Assembly: GCA_035328475.1 (NCBI GenBank)
Contig: DAOLIP010000005.1
Coordinates: forward strand, 9,774-73,773
DNA length: 64,000 bases
From: Ferruginibacter sp.
GTDB lineage: Bacteria; Bacteroidota; Bacteroidia; Chitinophagales; Chitinophagaceae
Direction: 5' to 3'
Numbering within the stretch: the stretch's first letter is position 1; each line of letters begins with the position of its first letter. The position numbers and the translations under genes were made by a program. Under the pieces are notes generated by a model that ran no database searches, was not told where the DNA came from, and was given only the letters and a program-made list of their open reading frames with translations. Shown here one piece after another: positions 1-8,346 of the stretch.

Positions 1-677
1 TCCAGTACCAGGGCGCCGCCATGTGTTTTATCAAACGATTTTATTTTATCCGGGTTGGCCAGGAAGGAATGATGTGTTCGTAAGAAACCAAGCGGCTCCA
101 GGATCTCTTCGTATTCTTTTAAATTCTTTGATACGAGGATGGGCCCGCCGTTCTGAAGATGAAAACGGGTATAAGTGCCCTCGGCCTCGCAATACAAAAC
201 ATCGGTTACTTTTATGAACCAGGTATTGTCAATGTCTTTCAAAACAATTTTGCGTTCTTTATTCTGTACGCCTGAAAGCTGCTGTAACAATACCTGAACC
301 TGTTGCTGCAGGTTACTGTTTCGGATATTCAGCATCGCTTTTTGTATGCTTTTCTGTAAAGCCTCCGGGTCAACAGGTTTAAGCAAATAATCGATGGCGC
401 TGAACTTAAATGCTTCAATGGCATATTGATTATAAGCGGTGACAAAGATGAGCTGAAAATCGGGATTGTATACCTGGTTCAGCAGGTCAAAGCCGCTGCC
501 ATCGTCCATCTCCACATCCAGCAACAGAATATCCGGCCGGAAGGACCTGATCGCTGCCAGCGCGGACTGAACGCCGCCGGCTTCTTCTACTTCTGTTATT
601 TCAGGACAGAACTGCTGCAGCAACAGCCGCAGGGCTGCACGCTGACCGGGTTCATTATCTGTGATAAGTACTTTCAT
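1..677 (-). CDS. LytTR-family response regulator (3' end runs off the window)
   Basis: Not in the ORF track. Manual translation from ATG 677: MKVLITDNEPGQRAALR...PDILLLDVEMDDGSGFDLL...IFVTAYNQYAIEAFKFSAIDYLLKP (receiver), then ...YCEAEGTYTRFHL...VSKNLKEYEEIL...GFLRTHHSFL (LytTR). Starts 26 nt after the LytS-type kinase stop. Confidence 0.93.
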   Translation of the reverse strand, partial: MKVLITDNEPGQRAALRLLLQQFCPEITEVEEAGGVQSALAAIRSFRPDILLLDVEMDDGSGFDLLNQVYNPDFQLIFVTAYNQYAIEAFKFSAIDYLLKPVDPEALQKSIQKAMLNIRNSNLQQQVQVLLQQLSGVQNKERKIVLKDIDNTWFIKVTDVLYCEAEGTYTRFHLQNGGPILVSKNLKEYEEILEPLGFLRTHHSFLANPDKIKSFDKTHGGALVL

Positions 678-703
678 GAATGGCTGTTGCCTGCAAGGTA
701 TTG

Positions 704-2563
704 TTATTTCATATTGTGTTTATACAGCAACGGTAAATAAATTTTGACGGACACTCCTTTGCCATCCGCATTATTATCGATGGAAAAACCAGCTCTTGTT
801 TTTAAGCGGATGTTCAGCAAATAAATACGGTCTTTAATGATCTGGCTTGCCCTTGAAATGTGCTCGCTGCCTTCTTTGGCAACATTGCTGAGTCCTTTTC
901 CGTTATCTATGATATTTATAAATAGATTCTCTGCATCTTTTTTAAAGATTACCGATACCTGCCCGGGGTGATCGATGCCGGTAAACCCATGCTCAATACT
1001 GTTTTCAACAAAGGGCTGTAAGATCATGGAAGGTATCAGTACCTCATCCGGCTCCAGGTCTGCAGCAACCGACACCTCGTAATTGAATTTTTGCGGGAAG
1101 CGCATTTTTTGCAATTCGAGGTATTCTTTCAGAAAATCGGTTTCCTGTTCAATGGTCACGTATTCCTTATAGGTACTCTCCAGCGTCTCTCTCATGATAT
1201 GTGAGAACTTGGAAAGATTACTTGCCAGCGATCTGCCATCGTTTCCCTGCAGGGCGAAAGCCTGTAAGGAAGAAAGTGCATTGAAGAAGAAATGAGGATT
1301 CATTCTTGCCCGGTTCAGCCGTTGCTCGGCTTCCATTATTTTTTGTTTACTCTTAAGCGATTGCTGACGAATGAAGAATGCCAATGCTATCAAACCAAGC
1401 AGGCCGGCGATGGCAAGCAGCAGGTAGATCCTTTTTTGCTGTGCCAGTTCGGTAATCGTTCTTTCGTTCTTTGCCTGGCTGTATTTTCTTTCCAGTTCGG
1501 CCACCTGCGTTGCTTTCTCCACGTTGCGTATACTGTCGGTAATGACCCTGCTCATTTCTTTGTACTCGAATGCTTTTTTATAATCACCGGTTTCTTCGCC
1601 GATCCTGGCCAGCAGCAGATTGTATACTTCGGCAATATAGGCCGGGTTACCTGCCAGTTTTCGGTAATACAGGGAAGAGTCGGCAAATCTTTTTGCTTCC
1701 GCATATTCTTTCATCTCAATCAGTATATCCGCTTTATCGTAATAGTTTGTGCCCAGGTTATCATAGCTGCCTGCATCGGTATATTTAAATGAACTGTCCA
1801 GCAGTTCCAGCGCTTTCTTAAATTCTTTTCGTTCATAAGCAATGCCTTCAAGATTAGCGAAGGCGGCGGCTATTGAACTCTTCCTGTTTATTTTTTTTGC
1901 AAGGGCCAGTTGCTGGTAGCTGAAGATCTCGGAACTATCAAGGCTTGACCTTGTTTTGGTATCCTGGAAATGCCAGAGATATCTCTTGGATAATTTAAAT
2001 AACAGGTCAGCTTTTTTTTGCGGGTTCTCTATCTTGTCAAGAAAAGGGATGGATCGCCGGGCATATAGAATACCTTTTTCCGCCTGGCCGGTCTGGTTAA
2101 ATAACTGGGCAATCATGGTATAAGTAGCGCCTATCTCATGGGGGTTGCCGCCCATTTCTGCCGCCTGCAGTAATTTAAACGTATACTCCTGTGCTTTTGC
2201 AAAATCTGCTTTGGTATAATATAATTGCGCCCAATACTTGTATGTGGTTAGCAGGATGCTGTCGCCGCAACCCGACTGCAGGTATAACTTCTCTGCTTGC
2301 TGAAAATACATATCAGCCGTATCAAAACTTTGCTCCTCTAAATAATAGACAGCCAGCCATTCATAACTGTTGGCTTTGCAGATCAGGTTACCGGAGGATT
2401 GCAGCTTGTCGATGTAGGGTTTAATTGCGGTATCTGCAGATTCCCATTCGGCTTTCAGCAAAGGATATTCCGGGCAATTGCATTTTTGAGAAAAGGAAGG
2501 GTTGACAGAAGTGATTAAGGCTGCAGTTAAAATAAACCGGAAATAGGTCAACAGACTTCGCAT
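704..2563 (-). CDS. TPR-containing LytS-type sensor histidine kinase
   Basis: Signal peptide, TPR-like helical repeats, TM helix, His_kinase motif RARMNPHFFFNAL, LQPFVENSIEHG and DNGKG ATPase motifs; paired with the LytTR regulator. Confidence 0.92.
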   Translation of the reverse strand: MRSLLTYFRFILTAALITSVNPSFSQKCNCPEYPLLKAEWESADTAIKPYIDKLQSSGNLICKANSYEWLAVYYLEEQSFDTADMYFQQAEKLYLQSGCGDSILLTTYKYWAQLYYTKADFAKAQEYTFKLLQAAEMGGNPHEIGATYTMIAQLFNQTGQAEKGILYARRSIPFLDKIENPQKKADLLFKLSKRYLWHFQDTKTRSSLDSSEIFSYQQLALAKKINRKSSIAAAFANLEGIAYERKEFKKALELLDSSFKYTDAGSYDNLGTNYYDKADILIEMKEYAEAKRFADSSLYYRKLAGNPAYIAEVYNLLLARIGEETGDYKKAFEYKEMSRVITDSIRNVEKATQVAELERKYSQAKNERTITELAQQKRIYLLLAIAGLLGLIALAFFIRQQSLKSKQKIMEAEQRLNRARMNPHFFFNALSSLQAFALQGNDGRSLASNLSKFSHIMRETLESTYKEYVTIEQETDFLKEYLELQKMRFPQKFNYEVSVAADLEPDEVLIPSMILQPFVENSIEHGFTGIDHPGQVSVIFKKDAENLFINIIDNGKGLSNVAKEGSEHISRASQIIKDRIYLLNIRLKTRAGFSIDNNADGKGVSVKIYLPLLYKHNMK

Positions 2564-2820
2564 AATGGGGGTAATGACCTTCTAAAAGTAAGGCAACAAA
2601 TTCATCTCTTTATGAGAACAGGCTTATTTATTTTAGCCGTGTAGCCTGCATCCGGCAGATATTGATCCGGAAAATACACTTGTTGTTTTGTAGCGGGCGG
2701 TTATTCATTCTGCAAGGGAAAGAAAAATAAAAGCAGTATCATACAATGAAGTACCCTCATTATAAATGATTCCGGCAGGACCTGGATAAAAGAATACTGC
2801 CATGCCGGTGTTTCTAAGTA

Positions 2821-2856
2821 AAACAGCACCCTGAATTTCCAGGGTGCTGTTTGTTT
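2821..2856 (-). terminator. Intrinsic terminator after the NHL lipoprotein gene
   Basis: Perfect 13-bp stem AAACAGCACCCTG/CAGGGTGCTGTTT with a 6-nt loop and T-rich flanks. Confidence 0.85.
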
Positions 2857-2882
2857 TATATAAGAAGAGAAGGAACTCTTTA

Positions 2883-4154
2883 TTATTCTGCTATGATCTT
2901 CCTGATCCGGTGGTTGGCAAAATCAGCAACATATAGAAGTCCGTTTGTAAAGTCTCCGCAAAGTGCAATGGGGGTATTAAACTGTGCTGCTGATCCAACA
3001 CCTTCATTTAAACCCTGGCTGCTTCCTGCAATGGTGGTGACCACGCCGGCAGCTGTAATTTTCCGGATGCGGTGATTGAAGGCATCACATACATACAGGT
3101 TACCACTGGCATCTGCTGTGATGCCGGAAGGATAGTAAAAAGTAGCTGCAGTGCCTGTACCATCTGCCGATCCGGGTGTGCCTGCCTGCCCGGCTACTAC
3201 CGAACTAACATTGGCGGTACTGTACTTCATTACCTGGTTAGAACTGTATGTGGTATAATACAGGTTTCCGGCAGCATCTAAAGTCAATCCAAAAACAATT
3301 CCTGAATTAACAAGAGTTGTTACCACACCCGCAGGAGTTACTTTGCGTATCAGGCCATTTATATAGTCGGCTACATAAATATTTCCTGCTGCATCGGCTG
3401 CTACGCCTAATGGTTCGTTGAACTGTGCAGCAGATCCGGTACCGTTCACACTTCCCGGGTTACCATTGCCAGCCAGGGTGCTAACTACCCCGGCAGGCGT
3501 GATCTTTCTGATAGCATGATTCATGCGGTCGCCTACATACAGGTTACCCGATCCGTCGATGGTTATGCAATAAGGCTGGTTGAACTGAGCTGCCGTACCT
3601 GTTCCGTTTGTAAAACCCATGGTACTTCCGGCAAAGCTGGTTACTATACCAGCTGCTGTAATTTTCCGGATGCGATGGTTGTCCCGGTCGCATACAAACA
3701 TATTTCCTGCTGCATCTTTTACAATGCCGGAAGGAATGTTGAACTGCGCTGCTGATCCTGTTCCATCAGCAAAGCCCTGGCTGCTTCCGGCAAAGCTGGT
3801 TACGGTTCCGTTTCCCAGGTAGGTAAATACCGGGCCGCTTACCTGCGTACTGTTCTTCTCAACTTTTACGGCACCGGTAGAAGCGCCCGAAGGAACAAGG
3901 GCTGTGATCTGGGTATCGGTGGCTGTTTGCACGGTACCCTGTACGCCGTTAAAATATACTTTAAGTGCGCTGCTGTTTGTTCCGAAGTTGGTACCGGTAA
4001 TGGTTACCACGGTGTTTTTTGGTCCGCTGGCCGGGTTGATGGCGGTTACCGTATGTGCCGGAGCCGGTGGAGAAACAGTGTCATTATCTTTTTTACAGGA
4101 AGAAAAGATAATGCTGCTGCATAGTGCAGCCGTTACGAATTGTTTGAATTTCAT
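2883..4154 (-). CDS. IPT/TIG plus NHL-repeat beta-propeller lipoprotein
   Basis: Lipobox FSSC; TIG domain (AINPASGPKNTVVTITGTNFG); repeated AQFNxPxGxxxDxxGNxYVxDxxNHRIRKIT units. Confidence 0.9.
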   Translation of the reverse strand: MKFKQFVTAALCSSIIFSSCKKDNDTVSPPAPAHTVTAINPASGPKNTVVTITGTNFGTNSSALKVYFNGVQGTVQTATDTQITALVPSGASTGAVKVEKNSTQVSGPVFTYLGNGTVTSFAGSSQGFADGTGSAAQFNIPSGIVKDAAGNMFVCDRDNHRIRKITAAGIVTSFAGSTMGFTNGTGTAAQFNQPYCITIDGSGNLYVGDRMNHAIRKITPAGVVSTLAGNGNPGSVNGTGSAAQFNEPLGVAADAAGNIYVADYINGLIRKVTPAGVVTTLVNSGIVFGLTLDAAGNLYYTTYSSNQVMKYSTANVSSVVAGQAGTPGSADGTGTAATFYYPSGITADASGNLYVCDAFNHRIRKITAAGVVTTIAGSSQGLNEGVGSAAQFNTPIALCGDFTNGLLYVADFANHRIRKIIAE

Positions 4155-4389
4155 AAAATTGGTTTTTAAAGAGTGGTTGAAAATGATTGGTTATTTGATT
4201 TTTTGAGATGCTGTAATAACGGAGGTTTTAAGTATGCATTGGGCAGGATAGATAAGTGCAGGCGACTAACCAGCAGCTGAACAGGATAGCTGCATAGTTG
4301 CATCCCGGTTTCCAGGAAGGAATTTGAACAGAGTAAATAAAGAGGATATTACCTGGGCTTACATACCAGGCGCATGAAACATAATCCCA

Positions 4390-4869
4390 TCAATGACATT
4401 TGAAATAATCAAAAGGTTCTTTGCAATCATTGCATTGATATAAAGCTTTGCAGGCTGTGCTGCCAAACTCGCTGATGAGCCTGGTGTTGGAGGAATGACA
4501 TTGGGGACATTCAATTGAAAGGTCAGACGGAACGCCAGACCTGGTGGCCGGTGGAGCAATGCCGTATTCTTTCAGTTTTCTTTTTCCTTCTTCACTTATC
4601 CAGTCGGTTGTCCAGGCAGGAGAAAGAACAGAAGTGATCTTAATGTTTTTGTACCCGTGTTCCAGCAAGGTCAGCCGGATGTTCATGGCGATCATGTCCA
4701 TGGCCGGACAGCCATTGTAGGTAGGAGTGATGATGACATTGATCCCGTCATTGCTTATCTCCACATCTCTTAATATGCCCAGGTCGGCAATGGTAAGAAC
4801 GGGAATTTCGGGGTCGGTAACTTCCCGCAAAATGGTTATTATGGTTTCTTTATGATCAGTATCCGGCAT
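4390..4869 (-). CDS. paaD: Phenylacetyl-CoA epoxidase subunit D (FeS-assembly-like)
   Basis: VTDPEIPVLTIADLGILR, TPTYNGCPAM, CPQCHSSNT...FGSTACKALYQCNDCKEPFDYFKC. Confidence 0.95.
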   Translation of the reverse strand: MPDTDHKETIITILREVTDPEIPVLTIADLGILRDVEISNDGINVIITPTYNGCPAMDMIAMNIRLTLLEHGYKNIKITSVLSPAWTTDWISEEGKRKLKEYGIAPPATRSGVPSDLSIECPQCHSSNTRLISEFGSTACKALYQCNDCKEPFDYFKCH

Positions 4870-4969
4870 ACAGGAAAGTTAAAGCGATGGTATCAAAAAC
4901 GGCATGAGGAATTATAACAACGAGGGCAATGGCCAGCAGGCTGAAAACTATTTTTTTAATTTTTTTCAT
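4856..4969 (-). CDS. Putative 37-aa membrane micropeptide between paaC and paaD
   Basis: ATG 7 nt after the paaC stop. MKKIKKIVFSLLAIALVVIIPHAVFDTIALTFLYAGY has a basic N-terminus and a hydrophobic helix. Its stop overlaps the paaD start by 14 nt. Confidence 0.45.
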   Translation of the reverse strand: MKKIKKIVFSLLAIALVVIIPHAVFDTIALTFLYAGY

Positions 4970-4976
4970 GGTCAGG

Positions 4977-5771
4977 TTACCATTCAGCCCCCGGGTATGT
5001 TCGTTGCAGGTATTGCAGTTCTGTGAGAAGATAACCGAGTTGTTCAGTGTGTGTGCCTTTTTTCCCGCCACTTTGCATAAACACTTTTTCAGGAACCGGT
5101 AACGAGGCCTCCGCAAAAACTGCCTTTACTTTTTCGTCCCAAACGTTTTTGATCGATGTAAGGTCGATGCCGGAAGAAGTTTCATACTCAGCAGGTATGA
5201 ACATTTCGCCGGTATAAGGCCATAGCTCTTCAATGGCCTGAAGCATACGGGCATGGCTTTCTTCTGTTCCATCGCCAAGACGGATCACCCACTCACTGCT
5301 CCAGCGAACGTGGTATCTTGTTTCTTTGATTGATTTGGCGGCAATGGCGGATAGCTGTTCCTCACTGCTTTGCTGTAATTTCTCAAACAGTAAGTATTGA
5401 TACTGACTGAAAAGGTATTGCCGTAAAATAGTTTGTGCCCAATCGCCATTCGGCTGTTCAACAAGAAGAAGGTTTTTGAATTCTCTTTCTTTCCGCAGGT
5501 AAGCCAGGCTGTCTTCTGTGACCTCGCCCCCAACCCCTTCTCCAAAGGGAGCGGGAGCTTTGGCGCCCTGCAATCTTTTGGAGTCATTCATTAATTGTGC
5601 AGCATACTGGTAAAAAAGTCTCGATTGTCCGAGCAGGTCAAGCGAAATATTGGTGATGGCGATATCCTGTTCCAGGATAGGTCCGTGACCGCACCATTCG
5701 CTGTTTCGTTGCGACAGAATCAAGGTCGTGTCGGCAAGATGTAAGTTATGATCAATGAGGTTGTTTATCAT
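4977..5771 (-). CDS. paaC: Phenylacetyl-CoA epoxidase subunit C
   Basis: LADTTLILSQRNSEWCGHGPILEQDIAITNISLDLLGQ; AAKSIKETRYHVRWSSEWVIRLGDGTEES; YLQRTYPGAEW. Confidence 0.96.
   Translation of the reverse strand: MINNLIDHNLHLADTTLILSQRNSEWCGHGPILEQDIAITNISLDLLGQSRLFYQYAAQLMNDSKRLQGAKAPAPFGEGVGGEVTEDSLAYLRKEREFKNLLLVEQPNGDWAQTILRQYLFSQYQYLLFEKLQQSSEEQLSAIAAKSIKETRYHVRWSSEWVIRLGDGTEESHARMLQAIEELWPYTGEMFIPAEYETSSGIDLTSIKNVWDEKVKAVFAEASLPVPEKVFMQSGGKKGTHTEQLGYLLTELQYLQRTYPGAEW
5523..5558. repeat. REP-like palindromic element inserted in frame in paaC
   Basis: CTCGCCCCCAACCCCTTCTCCAAAGGGAGCGGGAGC, encoding APAPFGEGVGGE; resembles the element at 48831. Confidence 0.6.
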
Positions 5772-5780
5772 GGTAACGGT

Positions 5781-6152
5781 TTACATGTGATTTACTTCAT
5801 CAGGCAGTTGGTAAAAGGTCGGGTGGCGATAAATTTTATCCACCGCCGGTTCGTATAATTCACCGGCTTCATCAGGATTAGAAGCAGTGATGTATTTACT
5901 TTCTACTACCCAGATACTGATGCCTTCCTGCCGGCGTGTATACACATCCCTTGCATTTTCGATGGCCATGGCTGCATCGGCGGCGTGCAGGCTGCCCACG
6001 TGTTTATGATCAAGGCCCTGTTTGCTGCGGATGAAAATTTCCCAGAGCGGCCAGGCATTTGTTGATCCGGCGGTACTCATATTGGTTGAGCCGCCTGCAT
6101 TGTCTTCCGGTATATCGCCGTAGTAAAATTTCTTAACAAATGAATGGAACAT
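5781..6152 (-). CDS. paaB: Phenylacetyl-CoA epoxidase subunit B (alternative start 6080)
   Basis: WPLWEIFIRSKQGLDHKHVGSLHAADAAMAIENARDVYTRRQEGISIWVV; KIYRHPTFY. Confidence 0.95.
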   Translation of the reverse strand: MFHSFVKKFYYGDIPEDNAGGSTNMSTAGSTNAWPLWEIFIRSKQGLDHKHVGSLHAADAAMAIENARDVYTRRQEGISIWVVESKYITASNPDEAGELYEPAVDKIYRHPTFYQLPDEVNHM

Positions 6153-6163
6153 GATTCGTGTAT

Positions 6164-6580
6164 TTAATTTTTTACTTCAATGGTATATGTCTGAGATCTT
6201 GCTGAATCTTCTTTAGCTGTTTCGGGCGACAAGAATTTATATAGTTTCATCTTTGTGCTTCCTGCTTTAACCGGAACCAGTACCAGTTCTTTTCCAACAT
6301 TGCCGCCTTCCACATCACGGTGGTTATTATCATGGGTATTAACGGCGTGCAATTTTACAACGGCTGCACTATCTGCTATTTCAAAACGAACAGACCCTTC
6401 ATACTTACAACTGCGGCAGATGCTTTCATAGATCAGCATCGTGTCGGAAAGCGTTATGATATTTACGCTGTCGGTTCTCAAAACGATCCTGTTATCTTTC
6501 TCTTTAGCCGGCTCTTCTTTATTATTATTGCAGGCGGTAAAACCTGCAAGCAGGATAAAAAGCCCTAAAAGTGATTTCAT
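6164..6580 (-). CDS. Lipoprotein of unknown function, possibly a chagasin-like Ig fold
   Basis: Lipobox FTAC; CRSC motif; C-terminal GGNVGKELVLVPVKAGSTKMKLY...TYTIEVK; 2 nt after the paaA stop. Confidence 0.7.
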   Translation of the reverse strand: MKSLLGLFILLAGFTACNNNKEEPAKEKDNRIVLRTDSVNIITLSDTMLIYESICRSCKYEGSVRFEIADSAAVVKLHAVNTHDNNHRDVEGGNVGKELVLVPVKAGSTKMKLYKFLSPETAKEDSARSQTYTIEVKN

Positions 6581-6582
6581 GG

Positions 6583-7527
6583 TCAGGCGGCTTTTGTTTT
6601 AACAGTCTTCTTTTTATTGGCATAAGCAAGGGCGGCTTCTCTTACCCAGGCGCCGTCTTCGTGGGCTTTGCGTCTTGCGGTAAGCCGTTGTTTGTTGCAG
6701 GGGCCGTTTCCTTTTACTACCTGCCAGAATTCATCCCAGTTTATTTCGCCAAAATCATAATGCTTTCTTTCTTCATTCCATTTCAGTTTATCATCGGGCA
6801 ATTTCATGCCCAGCACTTTTATCTGTTCGGCGATCATGTCAACAAATTGCTGCCGCAGTTCATCGTTTGTTTTTCTCTTTATTTTCCATTTCATGCTCTG
6901 GTCGCTGTTGGTGCTTTCGCTGTCTTTGGGTCCAAACATCATCAGGCTTGGCCACCACCAGCGGTTGATGGCATCCTGGCACATGGCTTTCTGTTCTGCT
7001 GAACCCCTGCTTAATACCAGCAGTGTTTCAAATCCCTGGCGTTGGTGAAAACTTTCTTCTTTACAAATACGAACCATGGCTCTTGCATATGGCCCATAAG
7101 AAGTGCGGCATAACATCACCTGGTTTAAGATAGCTGCGCCGTCAACCAGCCAGCCAATAGCGCCCATATCGGCCCATGTTAATGAAGGGTAATTGAAAAT
7201 AGAAGAATATTTTGCTTTGCCGCTGTGGAGGTCGTTGATCATCTCATCTCGGCTCATGCCTAATGTTTCAGCTGCGGAGTATAAATACAACCCATGACCC
7301 GCTTCATCCTGCACTTTGGCAAGCAGGATGGCTTTTCGTTTTAATGAAGGCGCTCTCGATATCCAGTTCCCCTCCGGCAGCATACCAACGATCTCGCTAT
7401 GTGCATGCTGACTTATCTGCCGCAGGTTTGTTTTACGGTATGCATCGGGCATCCAGTCTTTAGGTTCGATCTTTATTTCTCCATCGATCTTATCCTGGAA
7501 TATTTTTTCAAAATCCTGTACGGTCAT
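6583..7527 (-). CDS. paaA: Phenylacetyl-CoA epoxidase subunit A
   Basis: [13 protein letters not shown]...[26 protein letters not shown]...[20 protein letters not shown]; EESFHQRQG diiron motif. Confidence 0.97.
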   Translation of the reverse strand: MTVQDFEKIFQDKIDGEIKIEPKDWMPDAYRKTNLRQISQHAHSEIVGMLPEGNWISRAPSLKRKAILLAKVQDEAGHGLYLYSAAETLGMSRDEMINDLHSGKAKYSSIFNYPSLTWADMGAIGWLVDGAAILNQVMLCRTSYGPYARAMVRICKEESFHQRQGFETLLVLSRGSAEQKAMCQDAINRWWWPSLMMFGPKDSESTNSDQSMKWKIKRKTNDELRQQFVDMIAEQIKVLGMKLPDDKLKWNEERKHYDFGEINWDEFWQVVKGNGPCNKQRLTARRKAHEDGAWVREAALAYANKKKTVKTKAA

Positions 7528-7547
7528 AGTGATCGTTATTTAATGCG

Positions 7548-7555
7548 TAAAGATA
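7548..7555 (-). promoter_or_regulatory. Probable Bacteroidota -7 promoter box of paaA
   Basis: Minus strand reads TATCTTTA (TAnnTTTG-like), 20 nt upstream of the paaA ATG. Confidence 0.55.
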
Positions 7556-7563
7556 GTAAAAAA

Positions 7564-7579
7564 ACTAACACCCGTTAGT
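7564..7579. promoter_or_regulatory. Palindromic operator, probably bound by the TetR regulator of the paa cluster
   Basis: ACTAAC-ACCC-GTTAGT is a perfect palindrome with a 4-nt spacer; a near-identical copy lies at 27064-27079. Confidence 0.75.
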
Positions 7580-7616
7580 ATGCGGCCGGGTACAGGGAAA
7601 GGCAGTAGCAGTAAGG

Positions 7617-8297
7617 TTAAACCCAGTTATTCTTGTGGGCAAGACTGATGACCTGGGCCTTGCTGTTCACGTGCAGTTTCTGGTAAATATTGGCAATATG
7701 TTTCCGTACGGTGAGTACGCTGATATCAAGTATGGATGCAATCCGTTTTGCATCGTGGCCATTGATGGTATGAATTAATATTTCTTTTTCTCTTTCGCTC
7801 ACCAATGCATCAAGCAAATGAGGTTCGGTGGCTTTTGTTCCGGTTTGAAGCTGCGCTTTACCCAGCATTTCAAACGCTTTCCGGGCAATGGCAGCGCTCA
7901 TCGGGGCGCCACCGCTTTCTACCACGTTGGTAATGGCATTGTGCAGGGCAACGGCACTTTCATCTTTAAGTAAATAACCATGAGCCCCCGCTTTTATGGC
8001 TTCAAAGATCTTATCATCATCATCAAAAACGGTCAGTACAATAAAAAAGATATCCGGGTACATTAAGCGGGCCAGGCTGATCGTTTGCACCCCGTCCATC
8101 TCCGGCATTTCCAGGTCCATGAAAATAACTTGAGGTACTTTATCTACCGGCAGGCCCTTTAGCTGTTCCAGGCAATCGTTTCCGTTTACAGCCATGAAGC
8201 AGAAATTCAGGTCTTCGAACTGTTTTATCTTATCTGCAATGCTGCTGCGGTTCACCGCTTTGTCATCAACCAGTCCTATTCGTAAAGAGGTATTCAT
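7617..8297 (-). CDS. NarL/LuxR-family response regulator
   Basis: Receiver (LVDD, FMDLEMPEMDG, GYLLK) plus LuxR HTH (VSEREKEIL...ISVLTVRKHIANIYQKLHV). Confidence 0.95.
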   Translation of the reverse strand: MNTSLRIGLVDDKAVNRSSIADKIKQFEDLNFCFMAVNGNDCLEQLKGLPVDKVPQVIFMDLEMPEMDGVQTISLARLMYPDIFFIVLTVFDDDDKIFEAIKAGAHGYLLKDESAVALHNAITNVVESGGAPMSAAIARKAFEMLGKAQLQTGTKATEPHLLDALVSEREKEILIHTINGHDAKRIASILDISVLTVRKHIANIYQKLHVNSKAQVISLAHKNNWV

Positions 8298-8346
8298 TTT
8301 TTATTTTATTATGCAATGTGTTGATTTCCCTGTTTTCTTTATATAC

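Noticed and set aside
2883-4154. Repeated DNA blocks that superficially resemble an array
   Set aside because: They are the coding NHL repeats of the lipoprotein. No CRISPR-like repeat-spacer array or cas gene was seen anywhere in the window.
6045-6105. Short duplication AGGSTN / TAGSTN in the PaaB N-terminus
   Set aside because: Only two degenerate copies in a probably disordered extension, with no evidence of function.
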